A stretch of DNA of 64,000 nt, from assembly GCA_043228905.1 (NCBI GenBank), contig JBHGNT010000001.1, positions 24,118,001 through 24,182,000 on the forward strand, read 5' to 3'. A program made the position numbers and the translations under genes. This DNA is from Azolla caroliniana. Taxonomy: Eukaryota; Plantae; Polypodiophyta. Numbering within the stretch: the first letter of the stretch is position 1; each line of letters begins with the position of its first letter. This document shows positions 24,964 to 37,047 of the stretch, in pieces. The notes beneath the pieces were generated by a model. It ran no database searches, was not told the origin of the DNA, and saw only the letters and a program-made list of their open reading frames with translations.

Positions 24964-27900
24964 GTAATTCATATCATACCTTATGCATTCAGAGAAGAGG
25001 AGAGCGTACGCATCACATTTTGGAATCATTAAATGCAAAAATATAATTTGAATGACCACCAAAGTTCTTCATTTGAATTAAGAAGATTATATGTATATAT
25101 CTCACGTCGTGGAATAATTCCAAAAGAGTATATGTACGCATCACATTGCGTAATTCTAAGTTGAAGAGAGCATGCGTATACACCACTCACCAGTCTAAGA
25201 AGATGAGGAGAGCATGCGTATGCACCATTCACCACTCTCCAATGAAGAGGAGAGCATGTGTATGCACCACTCACCACTCTCTGATGAAGAGGAGAGCATA
25301 TGTATGCACCACTCACCGCTCTCCGATGAAGAGGAGAGCATGCATATGCACCACTCACCGCTCTCCAATGAAGAGGAGAGCATTCGTATGCACTATTCAC
25401 CACTCTGCAATGAAGAGTAGAGCATTCGAATGCACCACTCACCACTCTCAAATGAAGAGGAGAGCATGCATGAGCACCACTCTTAGAAGAAGAGGAGAGC
25501 ATGTATATATCACAATATATACTAGTTCTGAGGCGAAGAGAAGATAACTCGTTCTAAGAAGAAGAGGAGTGTTTATGTATCACATTGTATCCTCACTTTA
25601 TCTGTTATGATTATCACATTGCAAAAGACTCTGATTCTTGTTTCGTCTTTGACAAGGTACGGCATATCCTAATGCATTTAAAAAGCGATTGCAATCGGAG
25701 AGTATATGCGTCACATTGCATCCACAATGTGTCTCCTATGGTTGTCAACTGTCAGGAACATTCAAGGATCCATGGAGAGGTGCCTTTTAGCACTAGGAAG
25801 TTGATTGACATTCGGAATGGTCTCTATAGTTCTGAAAAATGCAAAGTACCTTTCCACATCAAGAATGACTTATATAGTTTTGAAGAAGGCCTTTTTGAAA
25901 GTAATCTTGATGTTCATAATGGGAACTGGTCGACTAGATCGATGCTCAGCCATGAAACTCCTCATGATGCGTCTTCTTGTTTCATATCGAGTACTGAATG
26001 GAGTTGGTTCCGGCCTGTTTCGCCTCATGTGGCAGCGGCTGAGGAAGGGCTTATTGTGGATGATTCTGTCCTTTTAGATAGAGTAGCAAATTCACTGGCA
26101 TGTTTTCAGAAAGGGTGTATTCACTCGGAGCATAGAAGTCAAGGCTTCCCAACATGGGCTATTATTGAAACTGCAGGCGGTATTGCTAGCCCTGGTCCAT
26201 CTGGAACTTTACAATGTGATCTCTACAGGTAGGTAAGATTCTCATTTAAACTCCTCCAATGGAAAACATTAAACCTCTCCCGCTCAAGGTCTTATAATTG
26301 TGTCTTGTGGTTGAGAATTGTATGGATCCTTGTAATTGCGGTCAAGTTATTGGCAATTTATTTTCTAGTTTGCGTGGATCCTTGAAGAGAATGCAATAAG
26401 CAATGTGTTTTGTTCTGAGATATACATGTTATACTTTTTAGACATAGTTTTAACTGAACTTGCAGGCCTTTGAGGTTGCCCGGTATTCTTGTTGGAGATG
26501 GAAAATTAGGTGGCATTTCAAGTACGATTGCGGCATATGAAAGCTTATCAAGTCGTGGCTATGATGTAGATGCAATCATTTTGCTGGACCATCAACTTGG
26601 GAATGAATATCAATTACGAGATTATTTACAACATAGGTTGTACATTGTTTTCTGTTGTCCTTCTAAAGAAACTCATTAGCTAGAAGCTTCATCATTAAAC
26701 CACTAGCTTTGATGTTAACATTGGTCCACCCCAAGCCGTTCGGCTAAAATGAAGTGGAGGTAATGTTTGATATCTTTTATGGAAAGCATAAGATTTCCTT
26801 GTTAACTTAGAACAACATAGAATCCAAAGTGTATTTGCATGCATCACTGCATCACTCTTGAATTATGCTTTGGCCTTTCTAAAGTGGGGGGAATTTCTTT
26901 GGAGCATCTCTAGGGGAATTGAGTTCTATTGCAATGCTCTCATGTTGGTTTGGTGTTATATATTTTGGGTAAAGCTTTGCAATTTGGGTATGAACTTGTG
27001 GATTCAGTAGAACTACCTCGACAATGTTTATAAATGATGTCCTATTGAAGTGAAAATTAGTATTCATCCCTTTTTATTTCTATTTGTTTGCCTTGTTAAG
27101 TTCTACTTGAGGGTTTGTTTTTGATTTAGGTATGGTTTAGAATAAGATTCAGCAGAACTTTGACCTGATCAATTAACTTTCTTAATGAAAAGACTATAGA
27201 TGTGGGAAGGAAGATCCTGGTCTCAGGATATACAGCAGAGGGGACGTGGCCTTTTGTATTGTGCATTGCATATGCATAGCGAGGGCATCCTGCATGGGAG
27301 TCCAATGTCTTTTCTTTAGAGATATTTGGTCTAACAATCGGCAACGGTTCGGTTAAGTTTGAGAGTGTCAAAACCAAACTGTTTAAAAATTTTGAAACTT
27401 GAACTGAACTGAACCGTTAAAAAATTGCAAACCGTTAAACCGTGGTTTCGTGGTTCGGTTTCAGTTTTCAACTAAGGTCAAAATTCAAATTTTAAACTAT
27501 AAAAATTTAAAAAATTTCATTAAATTTCAGAATTTTAAAGATTTTCCTAAAATGTGAGAATAAGGCTTGAAACTGAAAAGATTCTTTAAAATTAATTTTT
27601 TCTTTTACAAAAATAAATAAATAAAAAATAAATCAAAACCGTTCAACCGTTTAAACAGCGGTTTCTAACTGTTGAAACCGAACTGAACTGTTTAAAAAAA
27701 CCTGAACCTGAACCTGAACAGAACTGAACCGATTAAACTGTTAAGCTGCGGTTCGGTTCGGTTCGGTTCAAACCGAACCATTGCCTGCTGTTAATTTGGT
27801 CTACATAAATGACTCAAATCCCTCCTATGGGGTAACCAATTTGATGTGGATGATTGTATGTACTTGGCTACGTTTGCATCTTTGGAGTTGAGCTTTGAGC

Positions 27901-30900
27901 ATTGGCCATGATCCTACTTTTGATAGTAGCTTGGAAGTGGTTGAATCTCTCAACCATTGATTTTGATCATTTATACTGTCCAGTTGGTTTTAAGTGCTAT
28001 CTGTTTGTTAATAGGGCTACATGTGACTTTTTTCTTTATCTGGAAACTCCTCATATCCACTTTTGCTTTGATAAGAAAATTCTCTGATGAAGCCAGATAT
28101 CAAAAGGACATGTTTCATACCTGACTCAGGAACTCAACCTGCAACTTTGCATGCATATATTCTATATATCATTGACTGTGTTCCTTTCTTATGTTTACAG
28201 GCTCCCTGTCCTAGTTCTTCCATCTCTCCCTCATGATGTGAATGATGAACTTATTCAATGGTTTATACAATCTGGCAAAAATTTTTCTCAGCTTCAGCAG
28301 CATTTAGAGGCAACACATACACAAAAGCTAAGTAGATTGCGTGATATGAAAAAGAAAGCAGATCAATTACTTTGGTGGCCTTTCACACAACATTCTCTTG
28401 TTCCTGAAGAGAAGATAACTGTTATTGATGCTCGTGCTGGTGACACATTCACAATTTACAAGGTTTGTATTTCCACTTGATGATAAGGCTGCATTCATGA
28501 AATTTTGAATTTAAAGTAGACTATAATGCTACACTTATGGATTTGTGAATAAGCAGAATATAGTTTTGCAACATCAAATTTTGGAAAAGATAATCTTGTG
28601 CTTGCTGGTCCTATGTATCACAGAATTGATGACAGCAACAGGCATTATCATCATGCACGTCTATTCATGTTGGTACCAGATTGCCCTTCTCCGCTATTAA
28701 GCAGTTCACTAAGTTATCTCCTCTTGGCTATTGTGTTATGTAATATCCTCTCTTTTAGGCCAACTATGGTTGTTTTGAGATAATAAGCTGGCATGTCCCT
28801 TAGTCATTTATTCATGCAAGTTATTGTGGCTATGCTAGTCAACCTCATATCTTCTGCTCACTAACCCGAAACCCTCTTGAAAGAGGATTGTTCTGTTTCT
28901 TGCCTATCCCTTCTTTGTACATGATTGATGGCCGGTAAGCAAACCTTTGAAAGCAGATGGAGAGATGATGTTAGCACCACACATGCAGATCCAACTTAAT
29001 ATTTTCCTTGACTACTCAATATTACATAAACTTTGTATATCTATCCACAGACCCTAAAGATCAGGCCGCCTGGACACGTGGGGCCCTATGATACATTGGC
29101 TTACTATAACACTCATGCATAATCTACTTATAAGGGTTTCTTCAAGGAAGGGTCGTTTATGGAACCGTCAAGTACATTGCTCTCTTGGGCAGGATGGTCT
29201 TGCTGGAAAGTAGTTTAGGATAAATAATAATCAATTGCTAAATATTGAATAATAGGGATACCACATACATGATTTAGGTAATATGATGAATGACTGCTTT
29301 AGACAACTGCTACTAGGAATTCTGCTTTAGACAACTGCATTTTGCTAATTCATTTATTTTGTTCTTTAATCAGGATGTTAGGAATTCTGAAGTCATGATG
29401 CAACAATTTGATGGTTGTGCAAGTTGGTGGACCCAAGGACCAGATATTAAATTACAGGTGATATATGGCTATGCGATTCATGATGTGATAAAACCATTTA
29501 CTTTTCTATTGGGTTTTAGAATTTAAATATGTTTTGTCAAGCCCTCTTATTAATTAAAGTATATTATGCAGTTGGAGATTTCAAGGCAAATTGGCTATGC
29601 TGCTGGAAGGTTTGGACATGTGATGCTTCCTGAAAATGTTTATGAACCTGCACTGCAGTGCGCAGAACTCTTGATTAACCTCATTGGGAAAGGTGAAACC
29701 TACTTTCGTATGTGCTTAAAAGTTTATTTTGCATGTCAAACCAAATTATAAATGATCTTTTAGTGACTAGATGTTGAACTTTGTTCACATGCTCTTAGAA
29801 AGCAAAATACTGCGTCCATATCACTATCTGATGTGTTGCCTCATATTTGTGAATTTATGCATGAATTATGAATAGAGCGTGGGAAAGAGAGAGATTAAAT
29901 TAAAATAGAACATCACAATAAAAATATCCAGTCATTCTACATGTGTACAGGTTGGGCGGACAGGGTATATTATTCAGACAATGGCTCTACAGCTGTTGAG
30001 ATTGCCATAAAGATGGCATTCCGCAAATACCTTCATGATAAAAATCTCCTTGCAATTTGCAACTCTGAGAAGGAATCTCACAACTTGAAGGTACAGTTAT
30101 AATCATACATTGTCAGATTTCAAACCATTTTGCTGCTAATAAGCGTTACTGTATTTTTGATGTTCCTTATTTGTTGTTTTACATTCCTGAGAATACAAGA
30201 ACACATGATTCATAGAAAGGGGAGGGGGTATCTCACCCAAAAACTACGAGAAAGTCCTCTCTCCAATTAGAATGCATGAATCATAGTGTTCCCTATCAAC
30301 TTTTAGGAAAGACTTTCCTAACAGGGTGGCTATGTGCTACCTAAGATATTCTTGTTTTGGGTTTTCAAGATTAGAAAAACAGATATTCCTTAAAAGGGAT
30401 GCACTTTATCAAAAATCTAGGGAAGTACAAATTATATGCACTTCCCGTTGTCATCAGGAGAGAAGTTTGAGACATCTAAAGCTCATCATAAATATGGGAT
30501 GAGAGCTCAGGATAAAGAAAAGGATACTGTCCTTGTCTGTGGTTATTCTTCTAATCTGTTGTCATTCACAATAATTATGATTGCATCATTAATTCATACT
30601 CATATATAAATTTTAAGGATTAGATAGATTTTTACTCCCTCTTGCTACACAAGCAATGGTTAAACTCCCGTGATCATGAGAACATTTTTCCTCTGTACAA
30701 TGTCTTGAGGTGTACTACATACACTCTTCTTGAACAAATTAGAAAGAGTCGATGTACCAGGGGGAGATTCTGAATATGGACTGGTGGGGAAATGACGCCA
30801 CACGTGTACTATTAGCAAATACACACTTGTTTAACAGCCTAGAAAGAGTCGACGTCCCAGGGGAAGCTTCTGGAAATGGACAGATTGAGAAATGTATTAG

Positions 30901-33900
30901 TGGGTATCTATCACCACAATAATTTAATGAGTAGTGTATTAGTTGTGTGCATATGGTTTGCAGAATTTTCAGCATCCTATAAATTCCAGTGTGGCTACAA
31001 TTATAAGTGATGATTACACCTGCCTCATCGGTTGTGAATAACTCAGAAGTTAATAGTTTGAAGTGATTCCAAGAATTAATCTATCCACTCACGGTTTTGT
31101 GCTTGTCTGTCTTCGCCCAGATTTGCTCATTTCTCGTTATTGGCATGATACAGACTTGAAATTGAGATAAAGCAAAATGTTTATGGAAGAGATTATGTAG
31201 ATTGAAGATTGTAGATCTGGTCATCATATTTATTTCAAAGTATTGATTCAAATTGAAATATGCTTACAATGCGCATGATATTTTTGGCACCGCAGGTGAT
31301 TGCCCTGAAAGGTTCTTATCATGGTGATACACTGGGTGCACAAGATGCACAATCTCCATCTCCATACACGGGTTTTCTTCAGCAACCCTGGTAATGTATT
31401 CCATATTGATATTGTGGTCAGCTAGACAGTAGCCTTTTTGCTTACTTTCTGTAAACAGGTACAAAGGGAGAGGACTGTTTTTGGATGCCCCCCAAATTTT
31501 TATGCTTAATGGGAAGTGGCAAGTCCTTCTTCCAGAAAGCTTCCATGCTTTGCAACCAGGATCAATTTTAAATGGTAAGGCATTCTCTGGCATGAAATAA
31601 TAGGAAATGAGCACGTCATAACCATTTAGTATGATTGTGCATGGAACTATACTAAGTAATATTTTTTCGATACAATGATTTACATAAACATATAAATATG
31701 AAAATGTGTTTTTATGGAGAGAACCCTGTTTCTGGTAAGTAAAAGAGCAATTCATCAGTTCATTTGCATGTGAAACAGAAAATAGTAGGACTTGGCTATC
31801 ATGCATTTTATGGCTTAATGCGTGGATATGCTACCACGGTTTACTTTCAACAGAAATATTCTTTGAATCAAGAGATGATTTGTTTGACAAACAACGGGAT
31901 CAATCAAAATTTGCTGATGTATACAAGAACTACGTGAAAGATTGTCTCTCCTCTTGCATGGACGCTTTACCAGCAGCATTGATAATTGAGCCAGGTATGC
32001 ACTTTGATCTAGAAAGCATTGGTTTGAGTAAATTAGGAAGCTTTAATATATTTTGGCAAGGATTATTGAGTTAGATTTTTGTATTTGAAATAATTATCTC
32101 AAAGAATTATGTCTTACAAGGTCAATGCTAAGATTGGGTTGAAACATTAAGAGTGGAATATTGCATGCAGATCACTCAAGCACATCCAAAGAACACATAG
32201 TTATGAGTTATCATGTTACAATCTCATAGTGCCTTGTGAGTGGCTCACTAAGGATAGACACAACTTAATGTCGTAAAGAAGAAGTCGCACCTTGTATAAT
32301 TCCCACATACCACCATAAGTTGTCGTAGAGAGGTACTGTTTTTTGTCCAGCAATAGTGCTGTTAGATACTGTAAAATATTCCCTATCTGGTATGTTTCGC
32401 TTGATCACACATGGGCATATCTTTCACTTGTTATCAAGGTCTCGCACATAGATTAAGAAAATAATATTTTGACTTAGTGTTACAGTGCTCTAATGTATAG
32501 TGATGTGCTACAACTTTTTAGATATGTAAATATTGCATACATGTATACGTCATCTATATTAATTTGAAACAATAGTGCAATGTTTCACTAAGTTTCCAAG
32601 AGCTTGATCATGCATGGGCATATGTTTCACTTGTTATCAAGGTCACACATAAAATTGGTTCGTAAGAAAAAAAAAGTTTTAGTGTTATAGTGCTGCTCGA
32701 ATATGTTACGCTTAGAGAGCTCGGCTTCAATCTTAAATATATGTAAATATTACATATATATGTTGGCATGTATGTATCTATCAATCAATATTGACTTGGA
32801 AAGAACAGTGCACTGCTCTATGCTACTGTAAATTGAAAAGAATGGGCATGCAGACCCACCGTGACTTGCTTTGTTACTGGCTGAATGCTATGATTGAACC
32901 AAAACAAGTAATGGCCACCCAGCTTCAGAGTTATTGTTCATAGTTCTTTGTCTTTGGTAACCTTGTCTCTCACGCATACATATACTTATAGTACACACAA
33001 TCAAGTTGATCTTTGCTGCACTACTTAACACCTTGATAGAATGACTTGTCTTGTTCTTTGCATCCACAAACAACTGCACTGGTCTTGCAGATTTGCCTTG
33101 TCAGCAAGCATAACCATACAAACAATGCCACTTCTAAAGCACTCCTAATTCTCATGACCACGAAGGTCTGTTCAGGTAATTGAATGTATGAACATTATAT
33201 GTATGACTACTATATGGTTATACATATGTAAAAAACGTTTGGCATTATCCCTACTAAACAGGCTGGGGTGGCAACTATGAGCTATTTCTGCCCGGTCTGT
33301 TTACAACTCAACCTCTATCAAATGCTGCTATTCCTCAAATTGGGCAAGAGAATCCCATTGCAGTTACAGCCTGATGCTTCTTTCCCTGCACCCAGAAATA
33401 GTTTTCTAATGCCAGATCCTGCTGTTCCATCCCCCCATGCTTTTTGCAATTTTCTAATACTATACAGAGGATGTTAAATGATTCAGATGGACACAACAAT
33501 TACAACATGTGTTTGATTATTTGAAGAAGGTATTAGATGAACTTTTTTATTCATCTCTTTTGAAGTTTCTATTTTGCAGTTATTCATGGAGCAGGTGGGA
33601 TGATGTTGGTGGACCCATTGTTCCAACGAATATTGATTGCAGAATGCAGAGAGAGGAAGATACCTGTGATTTTTGATGAAGTGTTTGCTGGATGTTGGAG
33701 ACTTGGTGTGCAGGTGTGAAAAATGTCAGAACAATATGCCTCATAGGAGTTATAAATGTGATACAAATTTATTTTTATCATAGAACAGTTGTGCTTCTGT
33801 CTTTCCCACATCATCAATTTATGCTGTCCTCATCTGCCATGGAACTAGAATACCAAGAATGTAGCACTTTTCAATTTTTTTCTCTCGTTAGCAATGCCTT

Positions 33901-36900
33901 ATACATACATACATACATGTTTGCATGCATGTATATGTGCATACACACATACCCACATATACAGCGGGATTCCTGACATTTTTACTGTTATTGTTCAATA
34001 GAAAACCAAAGTTCTAATTCTCCTGATATATACGGATCACAGCTCCTGATATTACTTTCATTGTTCATGGGCGATCAAAGTTCTGATTCTCCTTGCTACT
34101 TTTTATCGGCAGGCTTGATTCTGTTGACTCTCTATGGCTCTAGCTGCCTGTTTGTTGCCTCTTCAGTTTCGCCAGTCCTCCTGGATACAGTCTCACTTTG
34201 CTTCATTGGCTGTTGAGTTTTCCTGAAACAAGGTTTCGTCCCTGGTGTTTCTTAGAATTTTGTCTGTGCTGTGTGTTCTAATTATGTTTGGAGAGTCTTA
34301 TGTCTCCTATCTCATGCTGCTGGTCTTTCTTTCTTTCTTCTTTTCATTTCGGCTAGTTTTGCTAAGTTTGGAGAGGGAAAGTCTGGTTCCCTCTGCTGAG
34401 TGTCCCCTCCTTTCCATGTAGGGTGATTGCCACTCTACTGGGATCAGCAGGTACATTATTTCGAGTATGTTGAAAGATTTGCTGTTATAAGATTTCCATA
34501 TTTTAAACATTTACTGGATATTTGCTTTATGAACCATTTAGTAACTCAAACCTCTGTGCTGCTATTTATGGTTTGATACATCAGTTGACATGACATTTAT
34601 CTTGACTAGGTTTGTTCTATCACTGCTGATGCAACATGTACTTAATGTTCCTCACTTTATAGATTATTGGAAAATCTGGTTCTTGATATTGTGTACCATT
34701 CCTGTGATGGAATATTTACAATTTTGTTTTGAATGTGGTGATAAATTGGTTATCAATTTGGGTTCCAAAAATCTTGCATCATGAATTATACTAGTTTGTT
34801 CTAAAGAGGTTGAAATATACTTGTTGCAGTCATGTGCCAAATATCTTCATTCTACACCAGATATAGCATGCTATTCTAAACTTCTGACTGGTGGCAGTAT
34901 CCCTCTCGCGGTAACACTTGCGTCTGCTTCTGTGTTTGAAGCATTCAAGGGGTCTTCAAAGGTATGGATGTGATGCAGTCAATGTATTTGTGATAAGTGG
35001 GATATACTAGTAGCCATTTTGAGATGGGGAACTTTGAAATGCAGAGGTAGCTAAACTGATAAGATGTATGGTTTCAATACGGGAAAGGGGTTCAAAGAGA
35101 GAGTTATGAATGGACAAAAAAAGTTGTGCACGAGTTCAAATCTTACTAGTGCCTCTTTTAAGGTTGCAGCAGTATGGAAGGACTTAATGGGGCTATTGCA
35201 TCTTCTAGCTGTGTTTTGTCAAACCAATCTGTATGCATGCATATATGAGAAATGGAGAACACATTGATGAAGTCACTAGTATACATGGTTCCACCTTCAT
35301 CTCCACTTGAGATGGGGGAAATGGCACAGCTAACAATTTGCATTATTCTTCGAAAATTAGATTATCAGTCATGACTATTACTGCAAATCATAGTGTTTTT
35401 CTAATGCAGATGTATAATCTAATGTTCATGGCTAATAATCAATCGTAGAAGAAGAATGCAGATTGTTAGATGTATGCTTGTGCATATTGTTATCCTGTGC
35501 TAGAAAATGATTGAAACTCATGTGTATTCGAGATTGGAGGGTTTTTTTAAGTTTTTGCATCAGTTTACATAATGCATAAATAAAAAATTTATTTCCATTT
35601 CTATATCCCGTTTCCACTCCCCTTGTTTGCTCCCTGCTGTAGGTTCCAGCTGTCCCGAGGTTACCTGTCAACCATTTCCTCTGACCACCTCTGTCTTCTC
35701 ATTCAACCCCAATATTCTTAATGGCCCAAACAAGTTCCAATTTCCAAGCTCCTGTTTTTTGGATCTCCATCACATCAATATAGTTTAGAGCATATTTGTT
35801 AATCCATTTCGTATCAAGAGACCCATGGTTATTGTAGGAAGAAACTGCTAGATAGGGTGTATTGCCACTGATGCATCCTTATGTTAATGAGGGTTGTCCC
35901 GATTTATTCTGAACACATTCCAATAACGTGATGTTACAGTGGCAGTAAGGGATAGGCAATGCTATTTAAATCTATAACACTGAGAAACATACCCTTTGAG
36001 AGAGGTATGCTGATGGAGACCAAAGTTGAGCACTTAGCTGTAATATTGTAACAGCTGTAAAATGAAGACAAGAATAATAAATATTTTGTAAACTGTATAA
36101 ATGTTATTTTTTTATATGCAGTTACAAGCTCTTCTTCATGGACATTCATATTCAGGGCATGCAATAGGTTGTCAGGCTGCAATCACTTCATTAAAATGGT
36201 TTAGCAATCGTGAAACCAATAAAAATCTGCTACCTTGTGGGACACGTTTAGTGGAGGTGAGCATAGCTTTAATATGGTATGATTTTTTATTACTAAATCT
36301 AATTAATCACACGTTCATCTCCAGCTATGGGAACCAAAGATTGTGAATGAACTCTCCATGCATCCAGCACTACAACGAGTTATCTCACTTGGGACAGTGT
36401 TTGCAGTAGAACTCAAAAGTGATGCTTCTGATAGTGGGTAAGTGTTTATAAAGTAGCATTAAAGGCATATCTGCTTATAGTTTTTGTTCTGATGATAAGC
36501 GAAATTATAAACCCGTTGGAAAATAAATAAGCAAGTGACTGTATATGTCTATCAAGTTTGAGGGATTCTTAATCAATAATTGGACGTTTCTAGTCATATG
36601 AAGCCAATTGCCCTCAGAGCCCGATTGGAGAAACAAAACACTTTTGTTATTAGCAATGGGCCCGGTTTCGGCTCAAACCGAACTGAACCGTTAAGCCATG
36701 TTGTGTCGTTAATATACATGCAAGTTTAATGGCACAGGCATAATAACTAGTAGGCATAGTGTTTGTAGGAATATTTTTGGAAACTGATAAAATTAGGCTT
36801 TCCTGTGTTTTATCATCAACTTTTGTGAATATGCAGATATGCATCAATGTCCTCTCAGAGGATTGTACAAGCTCTAAGGGAAGAGGGTATTTACAATCGA

Positions 36901-37047
36901 CCTTTGGGTAATGTTATTTATCTAATGTGCGGCCCGATGACATCACCTACAAAATGTTCAAAGCTTTTGTGCAAATTATCTCAACAGCTCGATTCATTCA
37001 TGGATAGCAATGGCTTCTCTAAAAGCTGTCCTGTCATGGCTTGCTAG
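24679..37047 (+). CDS. BIO3-BIO1: Bifunctional dethiobiotin synthetase / 7,8-diaminopelargonic acid aminotransferase, 15 exons, about 903 aa, probable mitochondrial presequence
   Basis: Exons 24679-24963, 25657-26228, 26466-26636, 28201-28462, 29374-29457, 29572-29692, 29951-30090, 31296-31390, 31459-31574, 31854-31994, 33580-33713, 34830-34961, 36122-36256, 36325-36437, 36837-37047. All introns are GT-AG with consistent phases, 2712 nt in total. Motifs: P-loop GANTNVGKT, ETAGG, WWPFTQH, ASWWTQG, SDNGSTA, SYHGDTLGA, IFDEV, PLP lysine YSKLLTGG, HGHSY, RPLGNVIY. Confidence 0.95.
25160..25505. repeat. About 42-bp minisatellite (GAAGAGGAGAGCATGCGTATGCACCACTCACCACTCTCCAAT-like), about 8 copies, in intron 1
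   Basis: Direct reading. The 14-aa periodicity in the overlapping ORFs (MHHSPLSNEEESIC) matches. Degenerate copies extend from about 24990 to 25590. Confidence 0.92.
25657..26228 (+). CDS. BIO3-BIO1: BIO3-BIO1 exon 2
   Basis: AG|VRHILM...VSPHVAA...ETAGGIASPGPSGTLQCDLYR. Confidence 0.85.
26466..26636 (+). CDS. BIO3-BIO1: BIO3-BIO1 exon 3
   Basis: PLRLPGILVGDGKLGGISSTIAAYESL. Confidence 0.92.
27332..27793. mobile_element. hAT-type MITE (462 bp) in intron 3
   Basis: Imperfect TIRs TAACAATCGGCAACGGTTCGGTT / AACCGAACCATTGCCTGCTGTTA. 8-bp TSD ATTTGGTC at 27324-27331 and 27794-27801. Subterminal AACCG/CGGTT motifs around an AT-rich core. Confidence 0.9.
28201..28462 (+). CDS. BIO3-BIO1: BIO3-BIO1 exon 4
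   Basis: LPVLVLP...WWPFTQH...FTIYK. Confidence 0.92.
29374..29457 (+). CDS. BIO3-BIO1: BIO3-BIO1 exon 5
   Basis: QQFDGCASWWTQGPD. Confidence 0.9.
29572..29692 (+). CDS. BIO3-BIO1: BIO3-BIO1 exon 6
   Basis: GRFGHVMLPENVYEPAL. Confidence 0.92.
29951..30090 (+). CDS. BIO3-BIO1: BIO3-BIO1 exon 7
   Basis: WADRVYYSDNGSTAVEIAIKMAFRK. Confidence 0.92.
31296..31390 (+). CDS. BIO3-BIO1: BIO3-BIO1 exon 8
   Basis: VIALKGSYHGDTLGA...GFLQQP. Confidence 0.92.
31459..31574 (+). CDS. BIO3-BIO1: BIO3-BIO1 exon 9
   Basis: YKGRGLFLDAP. Confidence 0.9.
31854..31994 (+). CDS. BIO3-BIO1: BIO3-BIO1 exon 10
   Basis: SRDDLFDKQRD...AALIIEP. Confidence 0.88.
33580..33713 (+). CDS. BIO3-BIO1: BIO3-BIO1 exon 11
   Basis: IHGAGGM...IPVIFDEVF. 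Confidence 0.92.
34830..34961 (+). CDS. BIO3-BIO1: BIO3-BIO1 exon 12 (PLP-binding lysine)
   Basis: PDIACYSKLLTGG. Confidence 0.92.
36122..36256 (+). CDS. BIO3-BIO1: BIO3-BIO1 exon 13
   Basis: ALLHGHSYSGHAIGC. Confidence 0.92.
36325..36437 (+). CDS. BIO3-BIO1: BIO3-BIO1 exon 14
   Basis: LWEPK...LGTVFAVEL. Confidence 0.9.
36837..37047 (+). CDS. BIO3-BIO1: BIO3-BIO1 exon 15 (terminal)
   Basis: YAS...GIYNRPLGNVIYLMCGP...TAG. Confidence 0.92.

Noticed and set aside
25160-25505. Regularly spaced repeats resembling a CRISPR array
   Set aside because: Head-to-tail minisatellite without unique spacers, inside a eukaryotic intron, with no cas genes.
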